Positions 62,331-64,000 of a DNA stretch of 64,000 nucleotides are shown here, in pieces (positions within the stretch are counted from its first letter, which is position 1; each line of letters begins with the position of its first letter). Under the pieces are notes generated by a model that did not search any database, was not told the DNA's origin, and was given only the letters and a program-made list of their open reading frames with translations. The stretch lies in the NCBI GenBank assembly GCA_964234715.1, contig OZ174275.1. The stretch is one strand, 5' to 3'. This DNA is from Podarcis melisellensis (lineage: Eukaryota). Both the position numbers and the translations under genes were made by a program.

Positions 62331-63602
62331 GAACAACTCCAGGCACGCCTGGAAGAAGCGGACCATTTGGATCCCTTCCAGTCAGGATTCAGGCCTCATC
62401 ATGGGACTGAAACTGCCTTGGTCGCACTGGTTGATGATCTCCGGCGGGCTAGGGACAAAGGTGAGAGCTGTTTCCTAGTTCTGCTGGATCTCTCAGCGGC
62501 GTTTGATACCATCGACCATAACATCCTTCTGGACCGTCTTGAGGGGCTGGGAGCTGGGGGCACTGTCATACAGTGGTTCTGCTCCTTCCTCCTGGGCCGT
62601 GTTCAAAAAGTGGTGGGGGGGGATGAGTGTTCAGACCCCTGGGCTCTCACTTGTGGGGTGCCTCAGGGTTCTGTCCTCTCCCCCATGCTTTTCAGCATTT
62701 ACATGCAGCCGCTGGGAGAGATCATCAGGAGGTTTGGGCTGGGTGTTCATCAGTATGTGGATGATACCCAGCTCTACCTCTCTTTTAAATCAGAACCAGT
62801 GAAGGCGGTGAAGGTCCTGTGTGAGTGTCTGGAGGCAGTTGGAGGATGGATGGCGGCTAACAGATTGAGGTTGAATCCTAACAAGACAGAAGTACTGTTT
62901 GTGGGGGACAGGAGGTGGGCAGGTGTGGAGGATTCCCTGGTCCTGAATGGGGTAACTGTGCCCCTGAAGGAGCAGGTGCGCAGCCTGGGAGTCATTTTGG
63001 ACTCACAGCTGTCCATGGAGGCACAGGTCAAATCTGTATCCAGGGCAGCTGTTTACCAGCTCCATCTGGTACACAGGCTGAGACCCTATCTGCCTGCAGA
63101 CTGCCTTGCCAGAGTGGTGCATGCTCTGGTTATCTCCCACTTGGACTACTGCAATGCACTCTACGTGGGGCTACCTTTGAAGGTGACTCGGAAACTACAA
63201 CCAATCCAGAATACGGCAGCTAGACTGGTGACTGGGAGCGGCCGCCGAGACCATGTAACACCAGTCTTGAAAGACCTACATTGGCTCCCAGTACGTTTCC
63301 GAGCACAATTCAAAGTGTTGTTGCTGACCTTTAAAGCCCTAAACGGCCTCGGTCCAGTATACCCGAAGGAGCGTCTCCACCCCCATCATTCTGCCCGGAC
63401 GCTGAGGTCCAGCGCTGAGGGCCTTCTGGCGGTTCCCTCATTGCGAGAAGCAAAGCTACAGGGAACCAGGCAGAGGGCCTTCTTGGTAGTGGCGCCCGCC
63501 CTGTGGAACGCCCTTCCAGCAGATGTCAAAGCGATAAACAACTACCTGACATTCAGAAGACATCTTAAGGCAGCCCTGTTCAGGGAAGTTTTAAACGTGT
63601 GA
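62331..63602 (+). CDS. L2 ORF2 fragment: uninterrupted reverse transcriptase and C-terminal region (no endonuclease, no true start)
   Basis: DPFQSGFRPHHGTETAL, LLDLSAAFDTIDH, GVPQGSVLSP, YVDDTQLY, LNPNKTE, LGVILD, LHWLPV. Confidence 0.88.
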   Translation, partial: EQLQARLEEADHLDPFQSGFRPHHGTETALVALVDDLRRARDKGESCFLVLLDLSAAFDTIDHNILLDRLEGLGAGGTVIQWFCSFLLGRVQKVVGGDECSDPWALTCGVPQGSVLSPMLFSIYMQPLGEIIRRFGLGVHQYVDDTQLYLSFKSEPVKAVKVLCECLEAVGGWMAANRLRLNPNKTEVLFVGDRRWAGVEDSLVLNGVTVPLKEQVRSLGVILDSQLSMEAQVKSVSRAAVYQLHLVHRLRPYLPADCLARVVHALVISHLDYCNALYVGLPLKVTRKLQPIQNTAARLVTGSGRRDHVTPVLKDLHWLPVRFRAQFKVLLLTFKALNGLGPVYPKERLHPHHSARTLRSSAEGLLAVPSLREAKLQGTRQRAFLVVAPALWNALPADVKAINNYLTFRRHLKAALFREVLNV

Positions 63603-63688
63603 TATTTTACTGTATTTTTGGTTTTTATGGAAGCCGCCCAGAGTGGCTGGGGAGGCCCAGCCAGATGGGCGGGGTATAAATAATAAAT

Positions 63689-63720
<32 letters not shown>

Positions 63721-64000
63721 ATATCTATCTATCAATCCTCTGTCTGTCTGTCATCTATCTATCTATCATCTATCACCTATCATTTCTTTCTGAAGTCATA
63801 TGTTAAAATAGTTCAAGAATTCCTCAGAGTGGGGAGATAGCAATGCAAAGAATAATAAGTCATGGTCTCCAAGCCATGGGTCTATGTATATGAGAAAGAC
63901 CGTTCATTTGCACTGATTGTTCTGACAGGACTCTTGTGGTCAAGAGCAGAAGTCTTTCTTGGTCCTAGTAAACTGTCACACGGGGTAAGAGTAGAGGACA

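Larger units (their letters stand above)
61731..63719 (+). mobile_element. Young 5'-truncated L2 LINE with (TAG)n tail, interrupted by an LTR fragment
   Basis: RT ORF, 3'UTR hairpin GCCGCCCAGAGTGGCTGGG...CCAGCCAGATGGGCGG, then TATAAATAATAAAT(TAG)n. Confidence 0.93.

Noticed and set aside
62752-62766. YVDD instead of YADD in the L2 RT
   Set aside because: Explained by a single GCG>GTG CpG transition in a dead copy.

Overview
Eukaryotic, AT-rich vertebrate DNA. It is almost certainly a squamate reptile; a full-length Sauria SINE and the L2/hAT repeat landscape suggest a lacertid lizard (inference). The window is part of a class II olfactory receptor (OR) cluster with 11 intact single-exon OR ORFs (numbered genes 1-11 left to right) and no obvious pseudogene. 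It includes a recent four-copy tandem array (genes 6-9, ~26.1-44.8 kb) and two older paralog pairs. Intergenic DNA carries L2, RTE-X-like and L1 LINE fragments, SINEs, many hAT and Tc1/mariner MITEs with visible TSDs, and LTRs. Highlights: (1) a very young Penelope-like (GIY-YIG) insertion complex in a (TA)n microsatellite. It has inverted pLTRs and three minimal hammerhead-ribozyme motifs whose loop contains the ORF stop codon, and it lies in the predicted 5'-UTR intron of gene 7. (2) The four tandem ORs are all four combinations of two N-terminal and two C-terminal sequence types, with differences concentrated in TM2/ECL1, TM3 and TM6. (3) A young solo LTR is open-reading from its second base for ~236 codons. 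(4) An LTR fragment in an L2 is flanked by a 148-bp target duplication. (5) A LINE insertion removed ~520 bp, visible against the paralogous unit. All calls were made by eye; family names are pattern recognition, not database hits.
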